DNA of 64,000 nt, taken from the NCBI RefSeq assembly GCF_009914755.1, contig NC_060937.1, one strand, 5' to 3'. The position numbers were made by a program, and so were the translations under genes. Shown piece by piece: positions 63,701 through 64,000 of the stretch. Each line of letters starts with the position of its first letter. The stretch's first letter is position 1. The notes under the pieces were generated by a model. That model had not been told where the DNA came from. It saw only the letters and a list, made by a program, of their open reading frames with translations, and made no database searches. Source of the DNA: the human T2T-CHM13v2.0 reference genome, Homo sapiens.

Positions 63701-64000
63701 TATCAAAGTACCCAAACTATACATTATATACTGTACATAAAATATGAAATTACATCAAATATATATTATATTAGGTACATAAAATATGAAAGTACATCAA
63801 ATATATATTATATACTCTACATAAAATACCAAAGTACCCCAAATACATATTATATACTGTACATGCAATATCAAAGTTCACACACTATATATTATATACT
63901 GTACATAAAATATCAAAGTACCGAAGCTATATATTCTATACTGTACAAAAAATATCAAAGTACCCAAAGCATGTATTATATACTGTACATAAAATATGAA
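51746..64000 (+). repeat. Canonical 378-bp 9-mer HOR domain (right)
   Basis: A-I order and canonical alleles (AAAGCATG, ATAGTGTAC, TTAGGTAC, AGTTCACA) return after ~51745, apart from one variant unit at 61925-62390. Confidence 0.93.
61925..62390 (+). repeat. Orphan copy of the 14-mer-domain HOR variant inside the right 9-mer domain
   Basis: Carries in order AGGTATGTAAAA, AGTTCTCA, CTGCACAT, ATTCCATAC, ATATGCTG, TTCTATACTG, GGTACCCAAAC and the 41-bp monomer AGTACCCAAATATATATCATATACTG. Confidence 0.9.

Larger units (their letters stand above)
1..64000 (+). repeat. HSat1A (SAR / classical human satellite I) tandem array, 42-bp monomer, A-rich strand on +; array runs off both window ends
   Basis: Continuous 42-bp periodicity (TGTACATAAAATAT recurs every 42 bp). 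The two GTAC (RsaI) sites per monomer give alternating 17-bp (GTACATAAAATATCAAA) and 25-bp (GTACCCAAACTATATATTATATACT) sub-units, the known A/B structure of satellite I. The 378-bp 9-mer periodicity is as known for HSat1A. The family assignment is from recognition, not a database search; chromosome and species cannot be fixed from this window. Confidence 0.95.

Noticed and set aside
1-64000. CRISPR-like array (conserved TGTACATAAAATAT core alternating with variable segments)
   Set aside because: The variable parts are homologous to each other and cycle with period 9 or 14, so they are not unique spacers. There are no cas genes or leader.
1-64000. Diversity-generating or antigenic-variation cassette system (shuffled 14-aa modules)
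   Set aside because: There is no recombinase, reverse transcriptase, expression site or unique flank. The variation pattern is fully explained by satellite turnover (unequal exchange, conversion, point mutation).
1-64000. TATA-box-like (TATATA, TATAAA) and polyA-signal-like (AATAAA) motifs as regulatory sites
   Set aside because: They are expected by chance in a very AT-rich repeat and occur once per monomer or as sporadic SNVs. No independent support for function is visible.
1-64000. Alpha satellite / CENP-B boxes, HSat2/3 (CATTC)n, HSat1B or telomeric repeats
   Set aside because: No 171-bp period, no CENP-B box, no (CATTC)n or TTAGGG runs and no Alu-derived segment were seen.
1-64000. Assignment to a specific chromosome (HSat1A arrays are known on chr3, chr4, chr13 and other acrocentrics)
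   Set aside because: There is no unique flanking sequence in the window, so alignment to T2T assemblies would be needed.

Overview
The whole 64 kb is one uninterrupted, single-orientation, very AT-rich tandem satellite array. It is built from a 42-bp monomer (consensus approx. TACATAAAATATCAAAGTACCCAAANTATATATTATATACTG, two GTAC sites spaced 17+25 bp) organised as a 378-bp 9-monomer higher-order repeat (HOR). This matches human/hominid Satellite 1A (HSat1A / SAR, classical satellite I). I see no genes, RNA genes, transposons, CRISPR arrays, inversions or unique sequence. The long + strand ORFs are an artefact of a 42-bp (14-codon) monomer that has one stop-free frame. I use them only as a ruler and label the nine monomers A-I by their translations: A=YMKYQSSQTIYYIL, B=YIKYQSTQGIYSIL, C=YKKYQSTQSMYYIL, D=YIKYESTSNIYFIL, E=YIKYQSTPNIYSIV, F=YIKYQSTQTIHYIL, G=YIKYEITSNIYYIR, H=YIKYESTSNIDYIL, I=YIKYQSTPNIYYIL. 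The interesting content is architectural. A ~12-kb internal domain (~39.8-51.7 kb) switches to a 587-bp 14-mer HOR with about eight private variants, and contains 755-bp 18-mer units and 1342-bp and 2348-bp super-periods. It has a diverged transition zone on its left and an orphan copy ~10 kb downstream. The 9-mer domains hold many kb-scale in-register duplications and whole-monomer deletions. I found no evidence for a new protein-coding or defence-type system. All offsets were counted by eye from the sequence and the ORF track, so block edges are approximate.
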